Positions 23,471 to 35,125 of a stretch of 64,000 bases of DNA are shown here, one piece after another. The stretch covers positions 19,346,001-19,410,000 of the forward strand of contig OZ076409.1 in NCBI GenBank assembly GCA_964187785.1, written 5' to 3'. The stretch's first letter is position 1; every line of letters begins with the position of its first letter. The translations under genes were made by a program, and so were the position numbers. The notes beneath the pieces were generated by a model, which was not told where the DNA came from, did no database searches, and worked only from the letters and a program-made list of their open reading frames with translations. Source of the DNA: Amphiscolops sp. MND2022 (Eukaryota).

Positions 23471-24415
23471 GTTCGCGGTGACATTTTGCACCACAATTCC
23501 AAAATCGTGTACCACTTTGCATGACCTCGAAAAATCGCAAGACCGAAATGCACCTACTACTACCAAGAGCAAAATGGTATCAGATTTACTACTAAAACTA
23601 TGTCCAAGTAGCATGTGATTTTTTAAGTAGTAATACAGATCACAAATCTGAGAACCACTTTGCAATGCAAAAACTGTGAATACTCGGAACTCTCTGCGAA
23701 ACGTATTGAAATGAACTGAAATGAATAGTATTAGGTTCTGAGGAGGAATCAAATGATAATCGGAAGGCGTACGTTTTTTTGTAGCCATAGGGAGGATTTT
23801 GTAGCCATAGGGAGAGTTGACTCCGAGGGCTTGCACCTCTCGCACCCCCAGACAAAATGCATTCTCTCATAGCTTTTAAATAAAGTTACCAATCATTTGA
23901 ATACAAAGTCTTTAGTCACATACTGGAAAAACTTCAACTCAATCTTGCATGAGAAAAATGCAGAGAGCTGGGATATTGTAGCCATAGGGAGATGACTTTG
24001 AAGGGGCCTTTATTTTGCCTTTATTTTACGAAACGTTGAGCATTACCCAATCTGATGCTTGAAAAAGATTTGTTTGTCAAGGTTCTGGATTGCCACTTTT
24101 GATTTGAAATTTTAACAATTTTTCGAATTTGAATGATCACATCAGTTTTAACAACAGATATACTTTTCAACAGTATTCAACATTTTATAATCATTTGATT
24201 TTAATCAGCCAACTCTGCTTAAAAGATCTACAAAAATGAATAAAAAAATGTTTATTTGAATTCTGGGATCCAGTTAGTCTGAATTGAACTTGCTGAAGAT
24301 TTCCTTCAATAACAGCAGCTAACTGGTTGTGAATATAGTATATTCTTTACTAGGGATTGTAGCCAACAGTACAAGTAATAATAATTCCATATTTCAAGAA
24401 ACCATATATCAAATG

Positions 24416-24508
24416 GCTATTCAACAGATATACTTTAGAGAAATAGAGAAACCAACTAATTTGCTATTCAACAGATATACTTTAGAGAAATAGAGAAACC
24501 AACTAATT
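24416..24508 (+). repeat. Tandem duplication of ~46 bp
   Basis: GCTATTCAACAGATATACTTTAGAGAAATAGAGAAACCAACTAATT twice. Confidence 0.9.
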
Positions 24509-25343
24509 GTGAAAATTTCGTTCAGTCCCGGCATGGTTCGTAAGCGGATTTCCAATTTCTTCGTTCAATTGAATTCATTTCAATTCAATTCCAATTTCTT
24601 CGTTTGTATTGTAACGTTCGCATTGTAAATCGCAAAAGGCAAACAGCAAACAATTCTTATGATGACCAAATAACATAATAGCTATTTACTTCGTATGATT
24701 TGTGAAACTCAGTTCAGCTAAATGAATCAAATTCACAAGACAGAAACAAAAATAGTCTTACAAAAATTTGAAAATAAAATCCATTGTCATTTGTCAAGGA
24801 AATTGTCATTAAATGAAATGTCATTGAATCTGTCATTAAATTAAATTATAAATTTGCACTTATGTTATTTGGTCTACATTCGATGCAGTTTATTGGCAAA
24901 AACTGTTCATTGGCAAATTAACTTCTACCATTATTAAATTGCCATTAATACTTCTTTAATACTTGCCATTAATACTTGCCTTCTTTGCCATTATACTTCT
25001 ATTACTCCTTATACGGTAAGAACATTTAAAGGGTTACTCCGGGGTTAAAAGTTTTAGGTAGTGTTGCTATTTTCTTCGAAAACTTATAGAATTAACTGAA
25101 CAAACTTATGAATTTTTGAAGAAATAAACTTAAAGAATTCGAAGAAAGTTATTAGGATTCCTATTTCGAATTTGTCCATTGAATTCAACTATCATCAACG
25201 TCATAAGATGGGGGTTTTTAGGTTGAAAGGAGGTGTTGAGAGAGAGGTGTTAATTCTAAATGAGTGAAAATGAGTCTAACAGGTGAAAGACATCTAAACC
25301 TTTGATAATTATCTGAGGTAATGTGAGGAAAGAAAAATAAGCA

Positions 25344-25410
25344 GCCAACCCCATCCCCCCACCTCAACCCATCACCCCAACCCATCAGCCCAACCCATCA
25401 CCCCAACCCC
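25344..25410 (-). repeat. 12-bp C-rich minisatellite (CCCAACCCATCA); G-quadruplex-prone on the minus strand
   Basis: More than four G3-4 runs with short loops on the minus strand. Confidence 0.7.
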
Positions 25411-25864
25411 TCTCCATGATAGTTTATTAAAAGTCTAGTTAAAAGTTCAGTAGAGGAAGTTTATTTTTAGAGTTTAATTTTTTTAAATTTTAGAGTTTTA
25501 ATTAGTTTAAAAAGCAGAAATTAATGAATTATTGATTAAGATGAAAATCAAAATATCTTAGATAAATCAAATTTTTTTAGAGTTTTAATTGATTTAATTA
25601 GTTTAAAAGGTAAAAATTAATGAATTATTGATAAAATCATAATGAGGACACTTTTCAAGAAGTAAATTACTTTGTGACAATTTTATGCAGAAAAATCAAA
25701 CATGACCATTGGTTATTCATCAGAATAAGAATTAAAGTATGATATAAATTAAATCAAAGTTCCGAGGAAACTTCGATCAAATAGATTTAAATAAAATTGA
25801 AGTACGAATGAAACTTCGATCAAAGTTGATCAAATATATAAACAACTGAAATCGAAATGATAAC

Positions 25865-25946
25865 GGGGACGGTGGTTCAGTGGTTAAGTGGGCTGGTTGT
25901 TCGGGCTTGTTCATCGCAAACCGGGGTTCGAATCCCAGACTGGGCG
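25865..25946 (+). pseudogene. tRNA-derived SINE head or tRNA pseudogene
   Basis: Good A box TGGTTCAGTGGTTAA and B box GGTTCGAATCCC; no acceptor-stem pairing. Confidence 0.6.
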
Positions 25947-26078
25947 GGTTTGGAATGCGAATTTTTATTGCTGTTTTGATCTTTTAAGTGTTTGACTGGA
26001 AACACCCTTTTGACTGGAAACACTGAGTCACTGTCCTTTTTTGAGGAAACAAGGGAGGGAGGAGAGTCACAGTACTAA

Positions 26079-26805
26079 AATAATATAAATAATCTAATAA
26101 TAATCTAAGGACCAGATTTCTTTGCCCCCCCTTTTTTTCTTCAGAAGATATTGCTTTTTTGATGTTCTTTGAAAAAACACGAAAAGTTCTGAATATCTGA
26201 ATTATTCGTTACTATTGCGCTTTCTTATTGGCCGAGAATTCAACCAATTAGGCATCTGAATCAAAAGTACAAAGTTTCACACTTTTGAATGATGATTTAA
26301 GTTGATTCAAATATTATTTAATTTCACAGTATTATATAATTATTATATAACAAATATCATTTTAAAATAATTTTAAAAAGTGTGGGGGGAAAGGAAAAAG
26401 TTCCGTTACTATAATCAATTGCATAAACAACATTTTGAAAAGTGTGGGGGGAGGACAAAGTTCCGTTACTATAATTAATTGCAAAAACAACAATTTACCC
26501 CCACACTTTTTAAAATTATTTTAAAATGATATTTGTTATATAATAATTTTATAATACTGTGAAATTAAATAATATTTGAATCAACTTAAATCATCATTCA
26601 AAAGTGTGAAACTTTGTACTTTTGATTCAGATGCCTAATTGGTTGAATTCTCGGCCAATAAGAAAGCGCAATAGTAACGAATAATTCAGATATTCAGAAC
26701 TTTTCGTGTTTTTTCAAAGAACATCAAAAAAGCAATATCTTCTGAAGAAAAAAAGGGGGCAAAGAAATCTGGTCCTTAGATTATTATTAGATTATTTATA
26801 TTATT
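26079..26805. repeat. Long near-perfect inverted repeat (~310-bp arms, 26079-26388 and 26498-26805)
   Basis: Arms are reverse complements with very few differences. The spacer holds a ~60-bp direct duplication of the arm end. Confidence 0.95.
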
Positions 26806-26828
26806 AGATTATTAGATTTAATGCATCC

Positions 26829-26881
26829 GGCTGCAGCTCAAGCGGTCACTGGTTAGAACCCGGGTGCAACCTAACTTTTTT
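26829..26881 (+). pseudogene. Internally deleted tRNA-like sequence followed by a T-run
   Basis: GGCTGCA/TGCAACC acceptor-like stem, A-box-like CAGCTCAAGCGG, B-box-like GGTTAGAACCC, then TTTTTT; anticodon arm absent. Confidence 0.4.
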
Positions 26882-27035
26882 CATTTGATATTCTCCCAAG
26901 AGATTTTTGTTTTCGAGAGATTATTCGAATTTGAAGCTTGTTTTGAAACTAAAACGGGTACACAACTGCTTTTAAAAAAAGGATGCAGAGTGGTCAACTA
27001 ATTTTTTCACGAGGTTCCAGGTGTCAAGATGCAAG

Positions 27036-27245
27036 ATGAGACCCAAAAACTCGAAGCCAACAAAACTTTATAGTAGATGTATTATTTGTTTAGAGGACTT
27101 TAGATCAGTAGAATTACAGAGCTTTCATAGAAAACATTCCTTACATTTAGCATGTAGAGACTGTTTAGATTCCCTTTTTGTATATTCAGATGTATTTAAA
27201 TGTCCATTATGTAGAATACCTGTAGATAACATTGTATATTCTTAG
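27036..27245 (+). CDS. 69-aa RING-finger-only protein (variant ligand order C2-H2-C4), paralogue A
   Basis: CIIC-x15-HSLH-LAC-RDC-x13-CPLCR; clearly homologous to 40517-40735, with a conserved MR start. Confidence 0.8.
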   Translation: MRPKNSKPTKLYSRCIICLEDFRSVELQSFHRKHSLHLACRDCLDSLFVYSDVFKCPLCRIPVDNIVYS

Positions 27246-27287
27246 TTTTGTAAATTTTGTAGTTTATTTTATTAGTTAATTTACGGA

Positions 27288-27621
27288 CAGGGGTGTTAAA
27301 AGTCTCCCTTTTTTGTTATTTAAGACAACATTAGGTCATTACTGCCATTTAGTCCATTCACCCATCTGGGTTCAATCTTTCAGTGCATTTCTTTTTGGTT
27401 CATTGGATTTTGCATGTGGTGTTAAAAGTCTCCCTTTTTTGTTATTTAAATCAATATTAAGTCATTACTGCCATTTAGTCCATTCACCCATCTGGTTTCA
27501 ATCTTTCAGTGCATTTCTTTTTGGTTCATTTTGTCATTTGGTTCATTTTTGGTTCGTCATTTTGGTTTGTCATTTTGGTTCATTTTGTCATTTGACTAAA
27601 CGATAATTTTTAACACCCCTG
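27288..27621. mobile_element. hAT-like MITE with an internal ~128-bp tandem duplication
   Basis: TIR CAGGGGTGTTAAAA...TTTTAACACCCCTG; 8-bp TSD not recognisable. Confidence 0.7.
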
Positions 27622-27624
27622 TTC

Positions 27625-27703
27625 GAGACCTTACAGAGGCCACGTTCTCGTCGTGGGTCTTGTTAAAGGGTGACACTATGTGATCCCCGAACTGAGAGCC
27701 TCT
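27625..27703 (+). ncRNA. HDV/CPEB3-like self-cleaving ribozyme candidate, copy A
   Basis: P1 GAGACCU/GGGUCUU with G1-U wobble; P3 ACG/CGU; L3 UUCUCGU; single-pair P1.1; P4 hairpin; CNRA joiner; P2 AGAGGC/GCCUCU. Confidence 0.72.
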
Positions 27704-28307
27704 TTAAAATTACAAAATTTTGGGCTAGTGTTATTGTATGTTCTGATTTCTGATCAGAACATTAACAAAGGCCCAACATTTCGAAAATGTGTCATTGTGA
27801 AAATCAGTAGCAGTGCTGAAATCTAAACACCATATTACATCAATTGAGAATGCATTATGGGTTCGCGGCGTTGTACCATCTGCAACTTGGAAGCAAAAAA
27901 TTGAAAAATCATTTTTTTTTCAAAGTTGTGGAAAATTACTTTTTAATCATTTTCCTGAAAGAGTTTGAGTTCTTTTTATGCTCTACAGATTTTTTTTGGT
28001 TTACTTGGTCTCAGAAATTTTTTTGAGGGTCGGAAAATTAACTTTCAATATATGTACGTCAGACAATTCTGTAAAGTTTTAAATGATTCATTTTTTAAAG
28101 CATAAATGATTTCATGTTTAACGCGTTTCCTCTCCTCTTGAACTGGGAAGAACAGACAAAATGCCCCTGTAATCTCTTGGTTCCCCACGGTTGAATCTTT
28201 TAGGTAATATGTCTAACAAAACAATACACATCAAATCTCAACCCAATCACATTGCGTTTCCTTCGCTCAGTCCTTTTCCAATTTTTGTCAATTTTCACTG
28301 TCTCATA

Positions 28308-28518
28308 GGAGTTCCCACCTTTCATGTCCCACCTTTTGCCCGTTCCACCAAAGTTTATTTAAAAAGGGGTCAATGTCCCACTAAGTCTGCTTTCCTCAAA
28401 TCACACAATCCTTTAAGAATTTTCACTCAGATTCAATTGGTCGTGTACGAAATAGACCCCACTTTTTACTAGGCCTTGGTGGGACGGGCACAAGGTGGGA
28501 CATAATAAGTGGGACGCC
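28308..28518. mobile_element. MITE-like pair of inverted GTGGGAC-family repeats
   Basis: Left GG.GTTCCCACC...GTCCCAC and right ...GTGGGACGCC are imperfect reverse complements. Confidence 0.55.
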
Positions 28519-30019
28519 ATTTCACACATAGTGTTTTCGTTCAAAAACATTTCTCAGGAACCCTGGTCACATTGTAATTCTTTTAGAACATTTTTCTAAG
28601 GAAACGATACAAAGATAGCCGGCATTTGAAACCATACTGCATTTATTGCGACAAAATTCAATTGGCTGACGACGCAATTCATTATAGCGGAAAGTTTTTG
28701 GCTGGTGAAAACTTGTATTTCGAGATTCGAAAAGATTCGAAAAGAAAACATTATTCCATCGCTCTAAAAATAAATCGTTTCATTTAACATTTACATAATA
28801 GCCTCTTACAATGGAACAAAATGAGGACAGTTTCTCAGCCAGCAGTTGTTACGCCAAGACCCACCAGGGCCAAGTAAAAAATATCCTGAAATTAACCTTT
28901 ATATTAATATCTTATATATTATATTTATTTTTCATTATATTGTTACACACGTGGTACCCTTAGTCTCTCACTGCGCGTGAGCGTCGTATTTTAAATACTC
29001 AATGGGTTCGACATGCACTGGAAAGTTTTTATCAACCGCATTATTGACAGACGATTCAACGATTTTTTTTCTAAAAACGGGCTGTCACTTTCTAGTTTGG
29101 CCTCGGTGGTGTCCTTAAAATGTTCCTAATTTTTTGACTTTCTGAGGCTGGTGTTCTTATTAAGGTAATCTTACAAAAACTGGGTGTAGTCTATTCATTG
29201 TAGTCTATGCTATAATCAATCAATAACAGTATTTTAAAATAGCTTTATTAAAACAAAATATATGTAGAATTGAATAAATAGTTTTGAAAAAAACACAAAT
29301 AGTTAATAAATAATTTCTACTCGTATTTTAGAACGCAATTCTACAACATTTCCAAGACACATGCTTCTTTATTTCTACTACATACATAGACTTTTTACCA
29401 AATTGACCCACTATAAGAATTATTCATAACAAAAACAACAACATGTTAGAATGACGCACTTTGGACAAAACGAGGTCAATCACCAAAGAAATATACCTTT
29501 CTTAGTGGGACATACAACGATAACAGCGACTTCTCCGTCTCATTCCGAGGATGCGGTTCATACCTGATCAAAAACCTGTTCAAATCATGGTACTTGGTGG
29601 AGCATAAGGTGGGGATATGCAGTAGTTATTCTAGAAGAAGCAACATAGCACGCGAAAGAAAGCAAATGAACAAATCTCATTGGCCGATCAAGGTCTCACG
29701 CGCTCATTTCATTGGTTGAGAGCAACGTGCAAAACATCAGGTTTTAGTTTTTTGAATTTTTGACCCACTTACAATTTTTTGATTTCAAATCGTTTCCGAC
29801 TTTGCTGTTCCTAATTACTTGATTATCTATAGCCGGTTAGGTTACCAAAGTAATTCACTTTGAACTATATCACAACTGAACACCGAATAATTACTCGCGA
29901 ATAATTTTGGGACAATTGTGGCTAGGACGTTTTTGGAAGGGGTACTGTGGAACTCCAGTTCTTTCTCAGTCTCTTTGAACTCAGTCTGTTTAGTCTAGTC
30001 TGTAACACCTAATCTACTG

Positions 30020-30361
30020 ATGCCTTGCCACAAACTATTTTTGAACTTACAGTGGGTAGTTCCACAAGAGCTCAAAAACCTCGATATTGAGGTAGTTACA
30101 ATCACAAAAATATATTGGACCTTCAGAGGAAAAGTCATCAGAGTTTGTTTCTTTGGAATTCAATTCAACCGCTCTCATCCGCTACCCGTGAAAAAGACCC
30201 CAACCAAATTCAACATACACCTTCACCCTCAGTCAAAAAGTTTCAAGGACTTGTACGAAGTGCTGTGCTACCATGCTCTGGACAACAAGGATCCACTACT
30301 GGAAGAACTGCTGTGCTTTATGTCCAGCAAGGAGATTTCTTTCGAAAAACTATTTGACTAG
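30020..30361 (+). CDS. 113-aa orphan ORF, unknown function
   Basis: ATG start, globular-looking composition, higher GC than flanks, paired ATTGG (CCAAT) boxes at ~29680-29716. No recognisable domain. Confidence 0.4.
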   Translation: MPCHKLFLNLQWVVPQELKNLDIEVVTITKIYWTFRGKVIRVCFFGIQFNRSHPLPVKKTPTKFNIHLHPQSKSFKDLYEVLCYHALDNKDPLLEELLCFMSSKEISFEKLFD

Positions 30362-30700
30362 TCTTTGGACAAATCATTCTTTAACATAAAACTCTAATTG
30401 CACGCACTTATTGTGTTTTTTGTTTCCATTTGTATCAGCCTATTCATTTATAAAAAAATAGTTGTTTGTGTAATTGTTTCAAATATTTGTTCAGTTGATT
30501 TTCTGTTTTAGTAGAAACTTTTTGAAAAAATTGTTATTGATTATTTGAATATTGACATTTAAACATGATTACAAGGTAATGGACCATGTCATCAATCCCC
30601 CCCCAAACTGTAGAAAAATAAGACACAAGGTTCAAATACCATTATGTCGACATCGTTTGCATTGAAATTTTTAGAATTAGTGAATATTCTGCTTCGTGAC

Positions 30701-31126
30701 CAGGGATACGCAATAAATAATTAACTGCAAAATAACTGCAATTTTTCTTCAAAATAATTTATTCCTTGACGTAAATATTATTTAAAATTAATTTTCAGGA
30801 GTTAGCTATAAAAATAACTGCGGAAAAACTGGGTCAAACTTCTAAATTATTTAATATTAATATTTCTGTGGAGTAATGCGTAAACAGGCGTTGAAAACTG
30901 CATATACAAACCTCATTATTCTGCATTAAAAAATAGTCAAACTGTTCAAAGTTTGTTGATTCCTGATGATAATTAACATTCTGAATATTGCGTTTTGACA
31001 AAAAAATTTTGCAATTAATAATTTTTCAAAACCAAAAATTGTAATAATTTATTCAGCAGGCCAAAAAATATTAACTTTTTGCTGCGTAAAAGCAATAGTA
31101 TTGCAATATTTTATTGCATATCCCTG
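30701..31126. mobile_element. hAT-type MITE
   Basis: TIR CAGGGATACGCAATAAA...TTTATTGCATATCCCTG; perfect 8-bp TSD TTCGTGAC. Confidence 0.9.
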
Positions 31127-33924
31127 TTCGTGACACCCTTCCATATGGTCCAAGGTAATTTAAGTTTTGAAACCAAAATATGTTCTTTTCTGTTACTTCC
31201 CCCATAGTAAGCGCAAAAATTTTAATTCAATTTTTAAAGAGATGCGGTTACTAGATATATACCTACCTCATGAACCTCCATTACCTATAAAACTGGACCC
31301 TATCCGAACGCAGCAGCAAAACAACATTTTGTGGTAGTTATAATCAGATCCAGAAAAAAAATTATAAAGAAACGCAATGTGGTTGAGCATGAAAAGGTGT
31401 TATATTGACCACGAAAAGCACGCCTATTTTGATTCTCAAGCTAGCTTGTTGCATAGCTGGAGAATTGAAGTTCATTGAACGACGGAAAGAAGCGCAATGA
31501 GATTGAGCATACGTGCAACGGGTCTGCCAAGTTGCCTTTGTTTATTTAATTTACATGTACATGTTGCTCCTAAAACTATAGCTTACATGTACAAGGTAAT
31601 ACAGTCCTGTGATAAAAGAATGGAACCACAAATTGGTAATAATATTTGGAACACCTAATTTTTCTGCCCATATCTCTGAAACTATTGATATTCAAGAAAA
31701 ATGTCTCAAATAAAAGTTTCTCAAAATTTAACCTAGTTTATATTTGTTTTTTTGAAACTTCTGTGGCAAATATTGGGGGAAACTAGCTCCCAATACCTCT
31801 CTATGTAAAAGTTGGTTTGTCAACCAAGTTTCGAACCTTTTCTGTTTATTCCCTACCAGTTAAGCGGACAAATGAAATTTTGATTGAATTAATAGTAACA
31901 AACAATCAAATTGCAGTATTTTATAACTCTAACTGCAACTGAAACTCATCGCTGATAGTGGTGGGGAATTAAAGTTTCCGCGCTTACTGTGCGGGGGGGG
32001 GAAGGGGGGTATGAACAAAAAAGATCCGAAGTTTTTAATTTTTGCCAAACAGTTTTGATTAGTTTTTGTTTATCTACCGGTTATTAGACGAGTGGAAACT
32101 AGACAAAAATCCAAGAAACTTTTGTTTTTAACATATTTCGGAAAATTCGACAGTTTTTGAGAAATTTGCAATCTCATTTGGTGTTCCCCCCAAAACACGA
32201 AAGCACTTTTTGTTCTCTAATAAAACAATTTCACTAATAAGACAAAATTATCGATAATCAATAAAAACGGCACGAACGGAGCTAAATAGTCGCTCAGGCA
32301 GGTTGGATGTTGACTTAATCCTTGGGCTAAAATAAATAATTTTTTTGTATTTATTGAAAATTATGTATCAATAAACTATTTATTTTGCACCCCTGGGTAC
32401 AGTTAGTTCTAAAATATCGCAACTCCTTTGCTTAAACTTTCTTAGAATGTTATCTAGTTTACAAAAATGTTTTGGAATTTAAAAAGAGTATTTCATTTCA
32501 AAAAAGAACTAATTCCGTTTCTATCTTATACAAAAATCTCCCAAAAGCTATTCAAGTGAAAGTTTCTCAATTTTTCAATAAGAGTTGAGGCGTTGAGGCA
32601 ACTAGCGTTGGTGGGACATAGACACCTTTTTACTAGGCTTTGGTGGGACATGCATTAGGTGGGACATAAAAGGTTCGCCATATGAATGAGTTAAAGTAAA
32701 CAAATAAGAATTAAAAGCCGAATGGTTAGAGCAATAGATTCGGAGTCTGATGAAGAAGCTGAAAGTATCTATCGATGTCTTGAATTCTATTTCTGTAGCT
32801 TGTTAACCCTAACTGGACCAAGAAAATTCCGGATCCACCCAAAACTCTGGTGCTAAAATATTGAGGCCTTTTTGAAATGATCTAGAACAAAATATTTTTG
32901 CAGTTTTGCGGGAGGTATAATACTCGGTCACTTGGATTTGTACGTAAACTCTAATATGCTACGGCAACTTAATTCCAATTCGTTCAATCATATTTTGTAT
33001 ATCACTGTAGTTCAAATGTGATAGTATCACAAATGTTTCTCAAGTTGAACAAAGCAGACTTAGTGGGACATAGACCGCCTTTTTACAAAGCCTTGGTGGG
33101 ATGGCCACTTCTTTTGAAAAAAAATATAGGGCCATTGCTTAAAGAGGTGAGCCTTCTCGATTCCAGTATGAATTTTTTTATGTAAGAAAAAGACGCTTCT
33201 TGTAAAAAGTCGGCGCCAAAAAAGGCGCATAGTGCTGAAAAAACCCTAAGGGCGGACACTTTAGTCACCCCTCTACTTCTGGAAGCATAAGAAAACTTTG
33301 TGGTTTAGTGCCAGAGATCGACAAACCTTTGCAAAACCATGGGACCCGAATAATCGAGTACGAAATGACAGCCATGATAATTCGAGCATTGTTTCGATCA
33401 ATTTGTTTTGGATATTTCCGTCATTTTCTCCCAAAGCCATTGTCTATCAAATTGCAACTGTTAAATGAACGTAAAAACCTATAGGGTTGTCTTTACAGCT
33501 CTTTTGACATTAGCAGCAAACAAGGCTACTAAATTTATCGCTATGTACCAAACTTTATCAGTTGAAGACAGGAATTGGAAAATATCAATTGCAATTTAAT
33601 TTATTTTCAAAAATGGCACAAAAAATTAATTGCACTTTTCGAAAAACTCCAATTCAATTGATCAATTATTTGGCAATTAATTTCAACGAAAAACATTTAA
33701 AATTTCATTCATACTATCACAATCAAAAATAATGTTTGTGTGAAAGGACAAAACAAACTTTTACTAAACAAAGCAAGGAATAGATAAAAGATAGAGTTAA
33801 ATAACGATGTTTTTCGTCAATGATTTGACTCCATTGATCATTCAAGCTCCTAACACTGATCGCAAAACACTATCAAAACACCTTAATCTTCAAAATTTCG
33901 TCACTTTTCCTACGAAGTATCCAA

Positions 33925-34574
33925 ATGCTGCTCTGTGCCGTTTGTGGGGAGGAACTGTACAACCTTATTTGGTGGCTTGATGAGAAACACGCAATATGCC
34001 GGGTGTGCCGTAAGGCTTGGATCAAAAGCCTAGAGAGGTGAGTTTTACAGAACCTTGCTTTTGAAGTTTGTAGTTGAAGCTGACAATGTTTTTTACTTCA
34101 AAAGTTTCCCATATTTCCATGAACAAAATTCCAAAAACTTTCGTTATTTCAAAGATAGTTTTTTGATGCCATGAAATTATTACTTTTGAGTAATTCTTGA
34201 TACGTTGAGTAAAGTAGAATTAGTGGGACATATACCCCCTTCTTCACTAGACCTTGGTAGGACGGGCATTAGGTGGGTCATGAAAGGTGGGACATGAAAG
34301 GTGGGACGTCCAATTAGACGTTCAAAAATTATTGAAATTGGCAAAAAAATTGTTGGAGCTAACATTCTACAAAGTGTCTAATCCCCTGCACATTGACTCC
34401 GTTTCCAGATCAAGAATTAATAAAACGGAACAAAAAGTTTGAAATGAACTAACTTATTCATGATTGTGTTCATAAATTATCCATACTGTGATTTACAGGC
34501 AAACGACCACTGGCAGCATCATTTGGGTGAAGTGCCCTCAGTGCAGGAGAGAGAGCGTGCTTAAATGGAAGTGA
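33925..34574 (+). CDS. Spliced 62-aa RING-like mini-gene (exons 33925-34037 and 34499-34574)
   Basis: AG|GTGAGT donor and TTTACAG| acceptor in phase 2 give MLLCAVCGEELYNLIWWLDEKHAICRVCRKAWIKSLERQTTTGSIIWVKCPQCRRESVLKWK*. The splice unites CxxC..HxxCxxC with the terminal CPxCR. Confidence 0.75.
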
Positions 34575-34667
34575 GAGGTTGATCCAATTTCAGAAATTAT
34601 AAAACTTTTTCAAATGAACTGATTTTATTTTTATTTACATTGACTTTGTATAAAAAAAACAATAAAC

Positions 34668-35125
34668 GGACCATGTGATCTATTTCCCCCCCAGGTACAC
34701 CTTGTTAGGAAAATCCCCCCCATTACGAAAGCACATTTTGTTCTTGAATAAAAATATTTCGCTAATAAGAGAATATTATATGAATGTAAATACTTAGAGG
34801 ATTGTCTCCACAACTGTTTGGACACTTCAGGCAAAAAAATATCATATATTTTTTTTGATATTATTGTCCAAAATAGCAGAAATTCACGTTGGGAACATGC
34901 TAAAATTGTATAAAAAGGCCCTTATTTAGCGCAAATTTTGTCCGCTATAAAATCTAATGAGCAACTTTTAACTGACAGTCAATGTAATTGATAGGATTAT
35001 GTCGACATCAATTATTTTATTGGACTAAAATTTCAACGCAACGATGTCGACATAATGGTATTTGAACCTTGTGTCTTATTTCCCCCCGCCGCAGTTTGGG
35101 GGGGGGGAAATAGATCACATGGTCC
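34668..35125. mobile_element. Merlin-like MITE (related ends at ~19720-19830 and 30581-30670)
   Basis: TIR GGACCATGTGATCTATTTCCCCCC...GGGGGGAAATAGATCACATGGTCC; perfect 8-bp TSD CAATAAAC; GG...CC termini. Confidence 0.85.

Noticed and set aside
32740..32785. CTGATGA..GAAA hammerhead-like spacing
   Set aside because: No proper stem III/NUH or stem I pairing.
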